DNA from: Eledone cirrhosa | Taxonomy: Eukaryota | Assembly: GCA_964016885.1 (NCBI GenBank) | Contig: OZ024748.1 | Span: forward strand, 9,362,001-9,426,000 | DNA: 64,000 nucleotides | Direction: 5' to 3' | Shown: one piece after another, positions 38,709-52,514 of the stretch | Layout: each line of letters opens with the position of its first letter | How positions within the stretch are numbered: the stretch's first letter is position 1 | The notes under the pieces: generated by a model | The model's database searches: none | What the model was told of the DNA's origin: nothing | The model's input: only the letters and a program-made list of their open reading frames with translations | Program-made: the position numbers and the translations under genes

Positions 38709-39082
38709 TAACAACATCATCATCATCCTCAACATCCTCACCATCATCATCATCAACATCATTTATCTCCACTTTCCCTGCTGGCATGGCTTGGAATGAT
38801 AGTCTCAATTCTGAAAAATATTTTTACATTGTTTAGTTTTCTAAAATTATTTGATGATTTTTCCCCTCTGTTCACTTAATATTCATTGTCATCATCATCA
38901 TCATCATCATTTTCATCATCACCATCATCATCATCAACAATAAAAACAATAATAGTGTCACGTGACTTAAGCACATTTTCATTGATTTTTATGGAAACAT
39001 TGTTTAAATTATTGCTGAAAAAGACATTCTTTTATGAAATAAATTTTATGTAATTTGCATGTTAATGAGGCCTTAGAATAGA

Positions 39083-39232
39083 CAACACACACACACACTC
39101 ACACTGTCACACTCACACATACATACACACTCACTCACACATACACACTCACTCACACATACACACTCACTCACACATACACACTCACTCACACATACAC
39201 ACTCACTCACACATACACATACACTCACACAG
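39083..39232. repeat. (CA)n / CACATACACACTCACT repeat
   Basis: Direct reading. Confidence 0.9.
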
Positions 39233-39504
39233 ACAAAGAAAAATAAACATTCTATCCTACTTGCATATTGTAGATGTAATGAGAGAGGAAAACTTCACTT
39301 GGCTATATTACAGACTAAACTACTTATTTCACAGTTTTGAATAATGAAAAACAAGACCCAAACCAACAAATCATCATCTTCATCTTATGTTTATCATGTT
39401 TAGGTTGGACAGGACGATGTGGAACATATTCCATTATGTCATTCTTGGTTGTGGCTAAAATTATATTTTATTTCTACTTTCACAACATTATTATTATTTT
39501 AACA

Positions 39505-39818
39505 TCCAATATGCCTACAAAGTCAGAAAACAGCACAGCTCCCATGACTTTCGGAAACATTTTTTCATGCTGAGTTGCTGAAGCATGGAACAAATTGCCT
39601 GCGTCAGTTGTTAGCTGCCGAGACATTGCATCCCTTAAAGCCCTCATGCTTCCCGAAATTCGCCAAAACTACACCTGATGTCCCCCTTCCATACACATGC
39701 ACACGTGTATATCATGACCCATGCACTGTTCATTTTCCTGACGTTTGTACATTACCCTATGTACTATACATACACTTTTGATGAGTTGTAGTGCACCTGA
39801 GCACTGTACACAATATTT

Positions 39819-39863
<45 letters not shown>
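39505..39863 (+). mobile_element. 5'-truncated CR1-like LINE 3' end with (ATT)n tail
   Basis: AYKVRKQHSSHDFRKHFF, then after a frameshift VAEAWNKLPASVVSC: the CR1 ORF2 C-terminal FF..RV...WN.LP..VV motif; 3' UTR and (ATT)n follow. Confidence 0.85.
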
Positions 39864-39864
<1 letters not shown>

Positions 39865-40987
39865 CTAGTCATCTGTATATTGATTGGTATGTATTATCTA
39901 TAACAATGTCCCATTGGTATTAACTTTACTGCCACCACACTACACACCTTTAGGTGAGAGAGATATTGCCACTACCACCACCCTAAACTTCTTATATTTG
40001 AATATGTTTAGTTGTTTTCTCTTTATTATGTGAATACAGTAAAGAAAATATGAAGGTGACATGACCTTTAGCTTACTGAAATAAAATATGTGACAATGAA
40101 ATCAGTCAACATTGTGATTACATACAATACCAATTCTATATTATTTTTTTATAATTTTTCTGAATTATTGAAGAGGTGAGTGTAATGTTCAGCAGCTTTT
40201 CAGCTTCTCTGTGTAGCTGAACATTTTGTACAGAGTGTGATAAATACTTGAGGAGGGAGATTTAAAATGGTTGGTTCTCTAATATAAGCTGTTCACTATT
40301 TGAGTGAATGATCAGATATTTTTCCTGAGGGTCGTGGACCATGGAAAATGACGCCAATGCTAATCTATTTGATGCTGTGTGTCCATGATTCAGGACAAAG
40401 GTGACATAAGTAGGTCCAGAAGCTGGCTACTAAACTGCAACTCATCCACTTTCGTCACAAGGATGAAGTTGTTGGTCACTTGAAAGGTTCTTACCCTGGT
40501 GAGTAGGGAGTCTACCCTGGTTTTGAAATCAGAGTAATCCTTCTAACAAGTGGTATTTGAGAGATTTGACTATTATTTCTACAGATTAGCTGACATTATA
40601 CTGTAGGTATCTCAATCTGAAGGACTGAAAAGGACATTACGTCCCGGGGGAGAGGCAGAGTGGGCCTAGGGTGGGGTGATTTCCACCTGTTATAATACTA
40701 ATCTGAAATATAGCTGTTAGGCTGATATTTATTTATTTATTTTTCATAAAAATGAATAAAAATATTATTAAAACAGGGAAAAATACCAAGTTTTAGGAAA
40801 ATATTAGTCATGAAAAATGTTCTGCTGTGGGCCATATAAAAGTAGTTTGAGACCCCAATTGTAGAGATAGTTCTCATGAGTTAGGGAGTTAAATGTGTGT
40901 GTATGTGTCCATTAGGGATAACTTGATTAATAATGTTGTATATAAAAGTTACATTCCATTCAACAGATCTTGTCTATCGGATGAAGT

Positions 40988-43900
40988 ATAAGTCTGTAGT
41001 GTTTAATACAGTTGAGTGCAATAGTGTGGGTTGACTACATTAAATATACCATAGGTCTGTAGTGCTATATAGTGTGGGCTGACTACATTAAATAAGTCTG
41101 TAGTGCTATATAGTGTGGGTTGACTACATTAAATATACCATAGGTCTGTAGTGCTATATAGTGTGGGCTGACTACATTAAATAAGTCTGTAGTGCTATAT
41201 AGTGTGGGCTGACTACATTAAATATACCATAAGTCTGTAGTACTATATAGTGTGGGCTGACTACATTAAATATACCATAGGTCTGTAGTGCTATATAGTG
41301 TGGGCTGACTACATTAAATATACCATAGGTCTGTAGTACTATATAGTGTGGGCTGACTACATTAAATATACCATAGGTCTGTAGTGCTATATAGTGTGGG
41401 TTGACTACATTAAATAAGTCTGTAGTACTATATAGTGTGGGCTGACTACATTAAATAAGTCTGTAGTGCTATATAGTGTGGGCTGACTACATTAAATATA
41501 CCATAAGTCTGTAGTACTATATAGTGTGGGCTGACTACATTAAATAAGTCTGTAGAATGATATAGTGTGGGCTGACTACATTAAATAAGTCTGTAGTGCT
41601 ATATAGAGTGGGCTGACTACATTAAATAAGTCTGTAGTGCTATATAGTGTGGGCTGACTACATTAAATAAGTCTGTAGTGCTATATAGTGTGGGCTGACT
41701 ACATTAAATAAGTCTGTAGTGCTATATAGTGTAGGCTGACTACATTAAATAAGTATGTAGTGCTATATAGTGTGGGCTGACTACATTAAATAAGTCTGTA
41801 GTGCTATATAGTGTGGGTTGACTACATTAAATAAGTCTGTAGTACTATATAGTGTGGGTTGACTACATTAAATAAGTCTGTAGAACTATATAGTGTGGGT
41901 TGACTACATTAAATAGACCATAAGTCTGTAGAACTATATAGTGTGGGCTGACTACATTAAATAAGTCTGTAGTGTTATATATTGTGGGCTGACTACATTA
42001 AATAAGTCTGTAGTACTATATAGTGTGGGCTGACTACATTAAATAAGTCTGTAGTGCTATATAGTGTGGGCTGACTACATTAAATAAGTCTGTAGAACTA
42101 TATAGTGTGGGTTGACTACATTAAATATACCATAAGTCTGTAGAACTATATAGTGTGGGCTGACTACATTAAATAAGTCTGTAGTGCTATATAGTGTGGT
42201 TGACTACATTAAATAAGTCTGTAGAACTATATAGTGTGGGTTGACTACATTAAATAGACCATAAGTCTGTAGAACTATATAGTGTGGGCTGACTACATTA
42301 AATAAGTCTGTAGTGCTATATAGTGTGGGCTGACTACATTAAATAAGTCTGTAGTACTATATAGTGTGGGCTCTCTACATTAAATAAGTCTGTAGTGCTA
42401 TATAGTGTGGGCTGACTACATTAAATAAGTCTGTAGTGCTATATAGTGTGGGCTGACTACATTAAATAAGTCTGTAGTGCTGTATAGTGTGGTTTGACTA
42501 CATTAAATATACCATAAGTCTGTAGTGCTATATAGTGTGGGCTGACTACATTAAATAAGTCTGTAGTGCTATATAGTGTGGGCTGACTACATTAAATAAG
42601 TCTGTAGTGTTATATTGTGTGGGTTGCCTACATTAAATAAGTCTGTAGTGCTATATAGTGTGGGCTGACTACATTAAATAAGTCTGTAGAACTATATAGT
42701 GTGGGTTGACTACATTAAATAGACCATAAGTCTGTAGAACTATATAGTGTGGGCTGACTACATTAAATAAGTCTGTAGTGCAATATAGTGTGGGCTGACT
42801 ACATTAAATATACCATAAATCTGTAGTGTTATATAGTGTGGGCTGACTACATTAAATATACCATAAATCTGTAGTGCTATATAGTGTGGGCTGACTACAT
42901 TAAATAAGTCTATAGTACTATATAGTGTGGGTTGTCTACATTAAATAAGTCTGTAGTACTATATAGTGTGGGTTGACTACATTAAATAAGTCTGTAGAAC
43001 TATATAGTGTGGGTTGACTACATTAAATAAGTCTGTAGTGCTATATAGTGTGGGCTGACTACATTAAATATACCATAAGTCTGTAGTGCTATATAGTGTG
43101 GGCTGACTACATTAAATATACCATAAGTCTGTAGTGCTATATAGTGTGGGCTGACTACATTAAATAAGTCTGTAGTGCTATATAGTGTGGGCTGACTACA
43201 TTAAATAAGTCTGTAGTACTATATAGTGTGGGTTGACTACATTAAATAAGTCTGTAGTACTATATAGTGTGGGTTGACTACATTAAATATACCATAAGTC
43301 TGTAGTGTTATATAGTGTGGGCTGACTACATTAAATAAGTCTGTAGTGCTATATAGTGTGGGCTGACTACATTAAATAAGTCTGTAGAACTATATAGTGT
43401 GGGTTGACTACATTAAATAAGTCTGTAGTGCTATATAGTGTGGGCTGACTACATTAAATAAGTCTGTAATGCTATATAGTGTGGGCTGACTACATTAAAT
43501 AAGTCTGTAGTGCTATATAGTGTGGGCTGACTACATTAAATAAGTCTGTAGTACTATATAGTGTGGGTTGACTACATTAAGTAAGTCTGTAGTGCTATAT
43601 AGTGTGGGCTGACTACATTAAATAAGTCTGTAGTGCTATATAGTGTGGGCTGACTACATAAAATAAGTCTGTAGTGCTATATAGTGTGGGCTGACTACAT
43701 TAAATAAGTCTGTAGTACTATATAGTGTGGGTTGACTACATTAAATAAGTCTGTAGTACTATATAGTGTGGGCTGACTACATTAAATAAGTCTGTAGAAC
43801 TATATAGTGTGGGTTGACTACATTAAATATACCATAAGTCTGTAGTACTATATAGTGTTGGTTGACTACATTAAATATACCATAAATCTGTAGTGTTATA

Positions 43901-46900
43901 TAGTGTGGGCTGACTACATTAAATAAATCTGTAGTACTATATAGTGTGGGTTGACTACATTAAATAAGTCTGTAGTACTATATAGTGTGGGTTGACTACA
44001 TTAAATATACCATAAATCTGTAGTGCTATATAGTGTGGGCTGACTACATTAAATAAGTCTGTAGTACTATATAGTGTGGGTTGACTACATTAGATATACC
44101 ATAAATCTGTAGTGTTATATAGTGTGGGCTGACTACATTAAATAAGTCTGTAGTACTATATAGTGTGGATTGACTACATTAAATAAGTCTGTAGCACTAT
44201 ATAGTGTGGGCTGACTACATTAAATATACCATAAGTCTGTAGTGCTATATAGTGTGGGTTGACTACATTAAATAAGTCTGTAGTACTATATAGTGTGGGC
44301 TGACTACATTAAATAAGTCTGTAGTACTATATAGTGTGGGCTGACTACATTAAATAAGTCTATAGTACTATATAGTGTGGGCTGACTACATTAAATAAGT
44401 CTGTAGTACTATATAGTGTGGGTTGACTACATTAAATAGACCATAAGTCTGTAGAACTATATAGTGTGGGCTGACTACATTAAATAAGTCTGTAGTGCAA
44501 TATAGTGTGGCTGACTACATTAAATATACCATAAATCTGTAGTGTTATATAGTGTGGGCTGACTACATTAAATATACCATAAATCTGTAGTGCTATATAG
44601 TGTGGGCTGACTACATTAAATAAGTCTATAGTACTATATAGTGTGGGTTGTCTACATTAAATAAGTCTGTAGTACTATATAGTGTGGGTTGACTACATTA
44701 AATAAGTCTGTAGAACTATATAGTGTGGGTTGACTACATTAAATAAGTCTGTAGTGCTATATAGTGTGGGCTGACTACATTAAATAAGTCTGTAGTGCTA
44801 TATAGTGTGGGCTGACTACATTAAATAAGTCTGTAGTACTATATAGTGTGGGTTGACTACATTAAATAAGTCTGTAGTACTATATAGTGTGGGTTGACTA
44901 CATTAAATATACCATAAGTCTGTAGTGTTATATAGTGTGGGCTGACTACATTAAATAAGTCTGTAGTGCTATATAGTGTGGGTTGACTACATTAAATAAG
45001 TCTGTAGTGCTATATAGTGTGGGCTGACTACATTAAATAAGTCTGTAGTGCTATATAGTGTGGGCTGACTACATTAAATAAGTCTGTAGTGCTATATAGT
45101 GTGGGCTGACTACATTAAATAAGTCTGTAGAACTATATAGTGTGGGTTGACTACATTAAATAAGTCTGTAGTACTATATAGTGTGGGCTGACTACATTAA
45201 ATAAGTCTGTAGTGCTATATAGTGTGGGCTGACTACATTAAATAAGTCTGTAGTGCTATATAGTGTGGGCTGACTACATTAAATAAGTCTGTAGTACTAT
45301 ATAGTGTGGGTTGACTACATTAAATAAATCTGTAGTGCTATATAGTGTGGGCTGACTACATTAAATAAGTCTGTAGTGCTATATAGTGTGGGCTGACTAC
45401 ATAAAATAAGTCTGTAGTGCTATATAGTGTGGGCTGACTACATTAAATAAGTCTGTAGTACTATATAGTGTGGGTTGACTACATTAAATAAGTCTGTAGA
45501 ACTATATAGTGTGGGCTGACTACATTAAATAAGTCTGTAGTGCTATATAGTGTGGGCTGACTACATTAAATAAGTCTGTAGTACTATATAGTGTGGGCTG
45601 ACTACATTAAATAAGTCTGTAGTACTATATAGTGTGGGTTGACTACATTAAATAAGTCTGTAGTACTATATAGTGTGGGCTGACTACATTAAATAAGTCT
45701 GTAGTACTATATAGTGTGGGCTGACTACATTAAATAAGTCTGTAGAACTATATAGTGTGGGTTGACTACATTAAATATACCATAAGTCTGTAGTACTATA
45801 TAGTGTGGGTTGACTACATTAAATATACCATAAATCTGTAGTGTTATATAGTGTGGGCTGACTACATTAAATAAATCTGTAGTGCTATATAGTGTGGGCT
45901 GACTACATTAAATAAGTCTGTAGTACTATATAGTGTGGGTTGACTACATTAGATATACCATAAATCTGTAGTGTTATATAGTGTGGGCTGACTACATTAA
46001 ATAAGTCTGTAGTACTATATAGTGTGGGTTGACTACATTAAATAAGTCTGTAGCACTATATAGTGTGGGCTGACTACATTAAATATACCATAAGTCTGTA
46101 GTGCTATATAGTGTGGGTTGACTACATTAAATAAGTCTGTAGTGCTATATAGTGTGGGTTGACTACATTAAATAAGTCTGTAGTACTATATAGTGTGGGT
46201 TGACTACATTAAATAAGTCTGTAGAACTATATAGTGTGGGTTGACTACATTAAATAAGTCTGTAGTGCTATATAGTGTGGGCTGACTACATTAAATAAGT
46301 CTGTAGTGCTATATAGTGTGGGTTGACTACATTAAATAAGTCTGTAGTACTATATAGTGTGGGCTGACTACATTAAATAAGTCTGTAGTGCTATATAGTG
46401 TGGGTTGACTACATTAAATAAGTCTGTAGTACTATATAGTGTGGGCTGACTACATTAAATAAGTCTGTAGTACTATATAGTGTGGGCTGACTACATTAAA
46501 TAAGTCTGTAGTACTATATAGTGTGGGTTGACTACATTAAATAAGTCTGTAGTGCTATATAGTGTGGGTTGACTACATTAAATAAGTCTGTAGTACTATA
46601 TAGTGTGGGCTGACTACATTAAATAAGTCTGTAGTACTATATAGTGTGGGTTGACTACATTAAATAAGTCTGTAGTACTATATAGTGTGGGCTGACTACA
46701 TTAAATAAGTCTGTAGTACTATATAGTGTGGGTTGACTACATTAAATAAGTCTGTAGTACTATATAGTGTGGGTTGACTACATTAAATATACCATAAGTC
46801 TGTAGTGTTATATAGTGTGGGCTGACTACATTAAATAAGTCTATATTACTATATAGTGTGGGCTGACTACATTAAATAAGTCTGTAGTGCTATATAGTGT

Positions 46901-47358
46901 GGGCTGACTACATTAAATATACCATAAGTCTGTAGTGTTATATAGTGTGGGCTGACTACATTAAATAAGTCTGTAGTGCTATATAGTGTGGGTTGACTAC
47001 ATTAAATAAGTCTGTAGTGCTATATAGTGTGGGTTGACTACATTAAATAAGTCTGTAGTACTATATAGTGTGGGCTGACTACATTAAATAAGTCTGTAGT
47101 ACTATATAGTGTGGGCTGACTACATTAAATAAGTCTATAGTACTATATAGTGTGGGTTGACTACATTAAATAAGTCTGTAGTACTATATAGTGTGGGCTG
47201 ACTACATTAAATAAGTCTGTAGTACTATATAGTGTGGGTTGACTACATTAAATAAGTCTGTAGTACTATATAGTGTGGGCTGACTACATTAAATAAGTCT
47301 GTAGTACTATATAGTGTGGGTTGACTACATTAAATAAGTCTGTAGTACTATATAGTGT
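40988..47358. repeat. 41-bp minisatellite with 48-bp variant, about 6.4 kb, about 150 copies, intronic
   Basis: Unit AAGTCTGTAGTrCTATATAGTGTGGGyTGACTACATTAAAT, optional ATACCAT insertion; period 41 (tatatag at 41641 and 41682). Confidence 0.98.
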
Positions 47359-47889
47359 TGATGTTGTGTGTGTTGACAGGTTTAGATGTTAATTGTAGAC
47401 AAAGTTGGATTTAGTTAATGTTTTGATATTAGATGTTAGGACTATGATAGACTAATGGTTTTGAGTTTAAATGCCATAAGTACCAGTAATATAATGGGAA
47501 GGGCGTGTACTACAAATTGGTGGCCTTTTTACCAATGAGGGAATCCATGATAAGATTTGGTCATCCAAATTATTGTTTGAATATCATCATCATCATAATT
47601 ACTGTTTAACATCTATTTCCATGTTTGCATGGATTAGATAAATAAAATTGATATTTATACCCTCATTTGGTTTACACCAGTTTGTGTTTGTGCTTCTTTA
47701 AACTATTTAAAGAAGATAGAAAACTAACATAGTATTGCTAGTATTTTTAATATGTCTATATATTTACACATGGTTTGATATGTAGTTTAAGCTATATACA
47801 CATATATATATTTATATACATATATATGTGTATGAGTGTAAATATATTTATATACAAAAAAAAATGTTTATATATATATATATAAAAGA

Positions 47890-48990
47890 CTTATTCTATT
47901 TTGGTAAACAACTTGACCATAAGCATCAAAAGCCAGTCTTGCGTGTTGTGAATTCCTAAATGCTTTGAAGTAAGCTACAAAACAAACATTCCACATGTTG
48001 CCACTCCTTCTCACCCTCCAACCTGTCCCACATATGCGATCATAAAGAATTAGAGAGACACACACAACACATCATCCACCATATGCAGCTCTCTTGTTAC
48101 AATCAGAGACAAGATCAGGATGTACGAAGGTGACAGGGCCGAATGGATGAATATCATAGAAAATGAAGCAAGATTTGGAATAAGATAGAGAAAGCCAAGC
48201 AACAAATACCAGAGTGTAATGTTTGTCAATGCTACTCCCAGATGTAAACTAGTATATAGATTTAGAAGGGCTTTAGTTAAATTAAAATCAAATATGAAGA
48301 TAGTAGAAAAAAATAGGTGTTCCCATAAAAGCACTGATTAGCAGAATGTACCCTTTTAAAAAAACCCTTGCACCAATAGAAAATGTATAGTCTGCAGATA
48401 AAGGCCACAGAATAGGAACAAAACATATATAGATGAGACAGCCCATAACATAGGAGAACGGATGAACTCCAAAGCAAGAAAACTCACCAGTATATCATGA
48501 ACATGCCAAAATGAAACATCAAGATAAGAATTGTATCTACACACAGAACAGAGACAATGACCTGACAGATTACTGAAGCTACAAACATAAATGAACTTCA
48601 GGCAAAACTAAATAGGAAACATGAATGGAATAGTAACAACCATGCGACATAGCGACTCAGGACAATATAAGGACATACAAGAATATAACTAATAAAATAG
48701 ACCCCTTCCTCCCCTGCCACACATATATAAAATACAAAAAAAAACAGGATAACATTTAACTAACTAGTGACAAGAGAAAAATAAATAAAACACACACCTG
48801 GATGTAATGCGTAGTCCAAATACACAGCTCACAAAGACAAGATGGTGTAAAACAACAAGGAGGAGACACAAAGTAACAAAAGTAATCACTGAAAAGGTCA
48901 CAGAATGTGTGACGAAAGAGCTTTGACAATCAACAAATAAACAACCATCCAGTTATTAAACTAACTCTGGAAAATTATAATAAATTGAAG
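47890..48990 (+). mobile_element. Decayed Penelope-like retroelement (GIY-YIG endonuclease region and 3' pseudo-LTR)
   Basis: Pieces translate as SVMFVNATPRCKL..MKIVEK (about 48214-48310), TYIDETAHNIGERM (48423-48464; decayed YIGET.R...ER), SPVYHEHAKMKH and *QITEATNINELQAKLNRKHEW (about 48563-48628), typical of PLE C-termini. Confidence 0.8.
48886..48926 (+). ncRNA. Degenerate minimal type I hammerhead ribozyme in the Penelope 3' region
   Basis: TCA-CTGAAAA-G-GTCACA(gaatg)TGTGAC-GAAA-G(ag)CTT-TGA; 6-bp stem II is perfect, the core differs from CUGANGA at G8. Confidence 0.5.
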
Positions 48991-49299
48991 TGAAACTCAA
49001 CTGGTGTGTGTGTTTTTATTGGTAGCATGACCCAAAGTATAACTATCTGTTGCAATACGTTTTCACATAAAAAATGTTGCAAAACAAATACAAAAATGAA
49101 GTACATATATATATCATTGTTGTGGCATAAGTATGGCCACTGCCTTTGGTCATTTTTCTTGGTGTCACACTTTTTAATTTTTGTGTTTACTCTGGACGAT
49201 AATGTTTTAACTTCTCACTCCATTGAGTGCTTTGTGACTGCCTCAAACAACTCAATTAGTATCTATATTGCGGCTACAACTTCGATTGATACCCAATAT

Positions 49300-49330
<31 letters not shown>

Positions 49331-49395
49331 ATATGTATATATGTGTACATATATATCTGTGTACATATGCATATATGTACGTATATATGTGTGTG

Positions 49396-49438
<43 letters not shown>

Positions 49439-50112
49439 GAAAACTACCTCAGTTTTGCAGCTTCCCACAATCCTTTTGCTTGCACTGTTGAAATATATTA
49501 GCATTGCTGTTTCATTAAAATATGAACAATTATTTCAACTGAGAGGAAATATTAAGTACAGGAACACTGTATTAATGTGTATTTGTAAAACTCCATATTC
49601 ACTGATGTCTTTTTTTCACAACCAGACTGCTTAATGATACGCAACATATTTTCTTCTATAGTGATTTTTATCTTTTCTGTCTTAGAGCTCATCTATTTGC
49701 CAAACTTTAATGTATTGGTATAAATTTTATAGCAAGATTAGGTTTCAGAGATATTTTAAAATATTTTTGACATAATGCTTTTTGTAGTTTTTTATTATTA
49801 TTTTGCTATATGGATTTTATATGGAATATTTTAATAAAATTTAAGTAATTTAACCCTTTATTGACCATGTATGTAGCAAATATTAAATGATTTAGAGGAG
49901 TAAAATATTCAAAAGATATATATTAAGGTAATGTGTGGAACACATCTGCATGAGGCATGTTGATATGTAAAAATTTAAAGTGAATAATAGTTTTAATGTT
50001 TCTAGCAAGATTATTATATAAAGACGTGTAACTACTCACTAATTTATCTAAATAGTTGTTCTGTACCAAAAAGATAACTTGCCTGTGACCATGAAATAAT
50101 AGTTATTGTTTT

Positions 50113-50350
50113 AAAAAGCACCCAGCCCACACTGTAAAGTGGTTGTGTTGGTGACATGACAAAAAGCACCCAATGTACACACACTGTAAATGTGGTTGGC
50201 GTTAGGAAAGGCATCCAGCTGTAGAAACCAAGCCAAAATCAGCCCTGTGTGAGCAAAACACGGTCCTTTGACCAGATCTCTCACAAAGGGACAGCCCATC
50301 CTACCCATGTTAGCATGGAAAATGGACATTAAATGAGGATGATAATGATA
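50113..50350 (+). mobile_element. SINE-like family B (best-preserved copy)
   Basis: aaaagcacccag..cacactgtaaagtggttggcgttaggaaaggcatccagctgtagaaacc...cccatgttagcatggaaaatggacattaaatgaggatgat; homologous pieces at 1298, 8335, 11400 and 51460. Confidence 0.75.
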
Positions 50351-52456
50351 ATATTCCTGTTTGTAGCAGGAACTTATTTTAGAGAATATAATTTAATAAT
50401 TTTCTGTCTAATTATATTACAAAAGAGGATAATTAAGTCATAATCAACACAGGATTTAATTGTATGAAAGGTGCTATAAAAATATTAACACATCATTGAC
50501 TCTACATAATTTTATGTGGCTATTTTCCCACAGTTAAGTCTCATGATACAAAACATTTCATACTTTCTGATTGCTAAAAATGATCTTAGTTGTTTTCAGT
50601 TAACACTTTTCTTTTATGGTTGGAGATTTTAGAAAATTAGAAAACACAGAATTAGACACCAATTCCTTAATTTCAAGTGAACAAATATTATTGAGGTATG
50701 AACCTTGACAAGAGCACCTGTTCCATTCATAATTAACTACTTCTGCAACAAAAAACACTTTGCAATTTATTCTGTAACACACTGAAGTTAGATTCTAGGC
50801 AAAGGATTTATTTAAATTATATTTTGTAATGAGGAAAGAATTTCTGGATTTCAAAAAGGCAATTACACATACACAGTTATAAGTGATAAAATATATAATA
50901 AAATATATCCAATGTGTATATATTGTATCTATATATAAGTATATATATATATATGATGTGTGTGTATAAAATCATATACTAATATATATGTATATGATTA
51001 TATGATCTGTTAAACATGCTCACATATTTGTGTGCTTATAGAAGGTCGATGCATATATGTGTATATATATATCATCATCATCATCATCATCACATGCTTG
51101 TTTTGTTTCTCTCCAGTGAACACACGTCCTCTGCAGTCACTGCCTGATATGATGTACTATCATTGATAAAGGCATGACATACTTCACAAAACCACTGGAA
51201 TTACCAAATTGAAAAGTTATGTATATTAAAACACCCAATGATATTATTTATTCAATCTCTGTGTATATGTATGAATATGTATATATTATAAGTCATCATT
51301 TCATATAACTTACACAAAAGAAAAGGTGTTCCCAATTTAAACACGTGTCTGTGTGTATCTTCATATTTGATGGCACCAGATAATGACATTTGTCTATGTC
51401 CCATCCATGTAAACAATATTTCACACCATTCAATGGTTTGTTGTACAAAGGTCAGTAGTTTACTTAAAGGTTGTCACCAGGAAGGACCTCTGGCGGGAGA
51501 AAACTGCCTTATAATGCCCAACCCATGCTAGCATGAAGAAGTATATGCAAAAACTGATGATGTGTGTATATATATGTGTGTACACAATGAATGTTAGATA
51601 ATCAGGAGCTACTAATGTGTTTGCTTCATCAAAAAGGCAATGATATAATCATATAAGATTGTGACAGTAATGACAACTATGTTAATATAATTCTACTAAT
51701 CAGCAATGTCATGTTGTGAAATCGATCTTTAAGTGGATATATTATTCATTAAAACTTTTCATTATTACATCAACAAAAGATACGGAGTGGACTTTTGAAA
51801 GTGAAGGCATTTTTATTCTGTATTTTAGCTGTTTTCTAAACAGGTGCCATAATGTCAAGTAATTCTGTGTGAGAGGAAGACATAACAATACCATTGAAAG
51901 TTGCTTTTGTTTAATTCATTAGGCTTGAAGTTGCATTCTTTTGTGTGTTTCTGTAACATTAGTCATTACCAAAGTGGAAGGAGTCTGCCTTATCTCTGGC
52001 TTTCACTTAATGTTTTCAGGAATTAATAAATGGATTCAACTATTGTTGAATTAAAATTTTCAAAGAATATATATGTGTGTGTTGCTAACACTTTATAAAA
52101 AAAATAAACCCAGAACTAGCCTGTTCTTTTAAATTTGTCCATATCGTCTCTGTCTAAATGAGAGAAAAATGACTTGATATAAGAAATTAATTTGCTTGTG
52201 TAATGAATTATCAGTTCTGACTCCAACATTAACAGAACATTTTTCACTGAAATTTTTCAAGTTTTTCATATGAATTTTTGTTTGAATATTAAGTTGCGTC
52301 GACATTTTGTTTTTGTTTAAGGTTATAAGAACCATTGTCCTATCTTCCTGCTTTCTTTAAATTCTCTTTGAATTGTGATGGATTGAGGAAATTACATATT
52401 TTAACAGTCTTTTCCCAATTTCTTAGATATATTGCTATCATTCTATAGTATATTAT

Positions 52457-52508
<52 letters not shown>

Positions 52509-52514
52509 AAGAGA

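Noticed and set aside
40988-47358. CRISPR-like array (also considered for 3311-6348 and 28055-29905)
   Set aside because: Units are head-to-tail with no unique spacers, no cas genes are present, and the context is a eukaryotic intron.
51820-51865. Possible small exon after ttttctaaacAG (51843)
   Set aside because: Reads GTG CCA TAA in the phase required after exon 3; no NAB similarity; such AG/GT pairs are common by chance.
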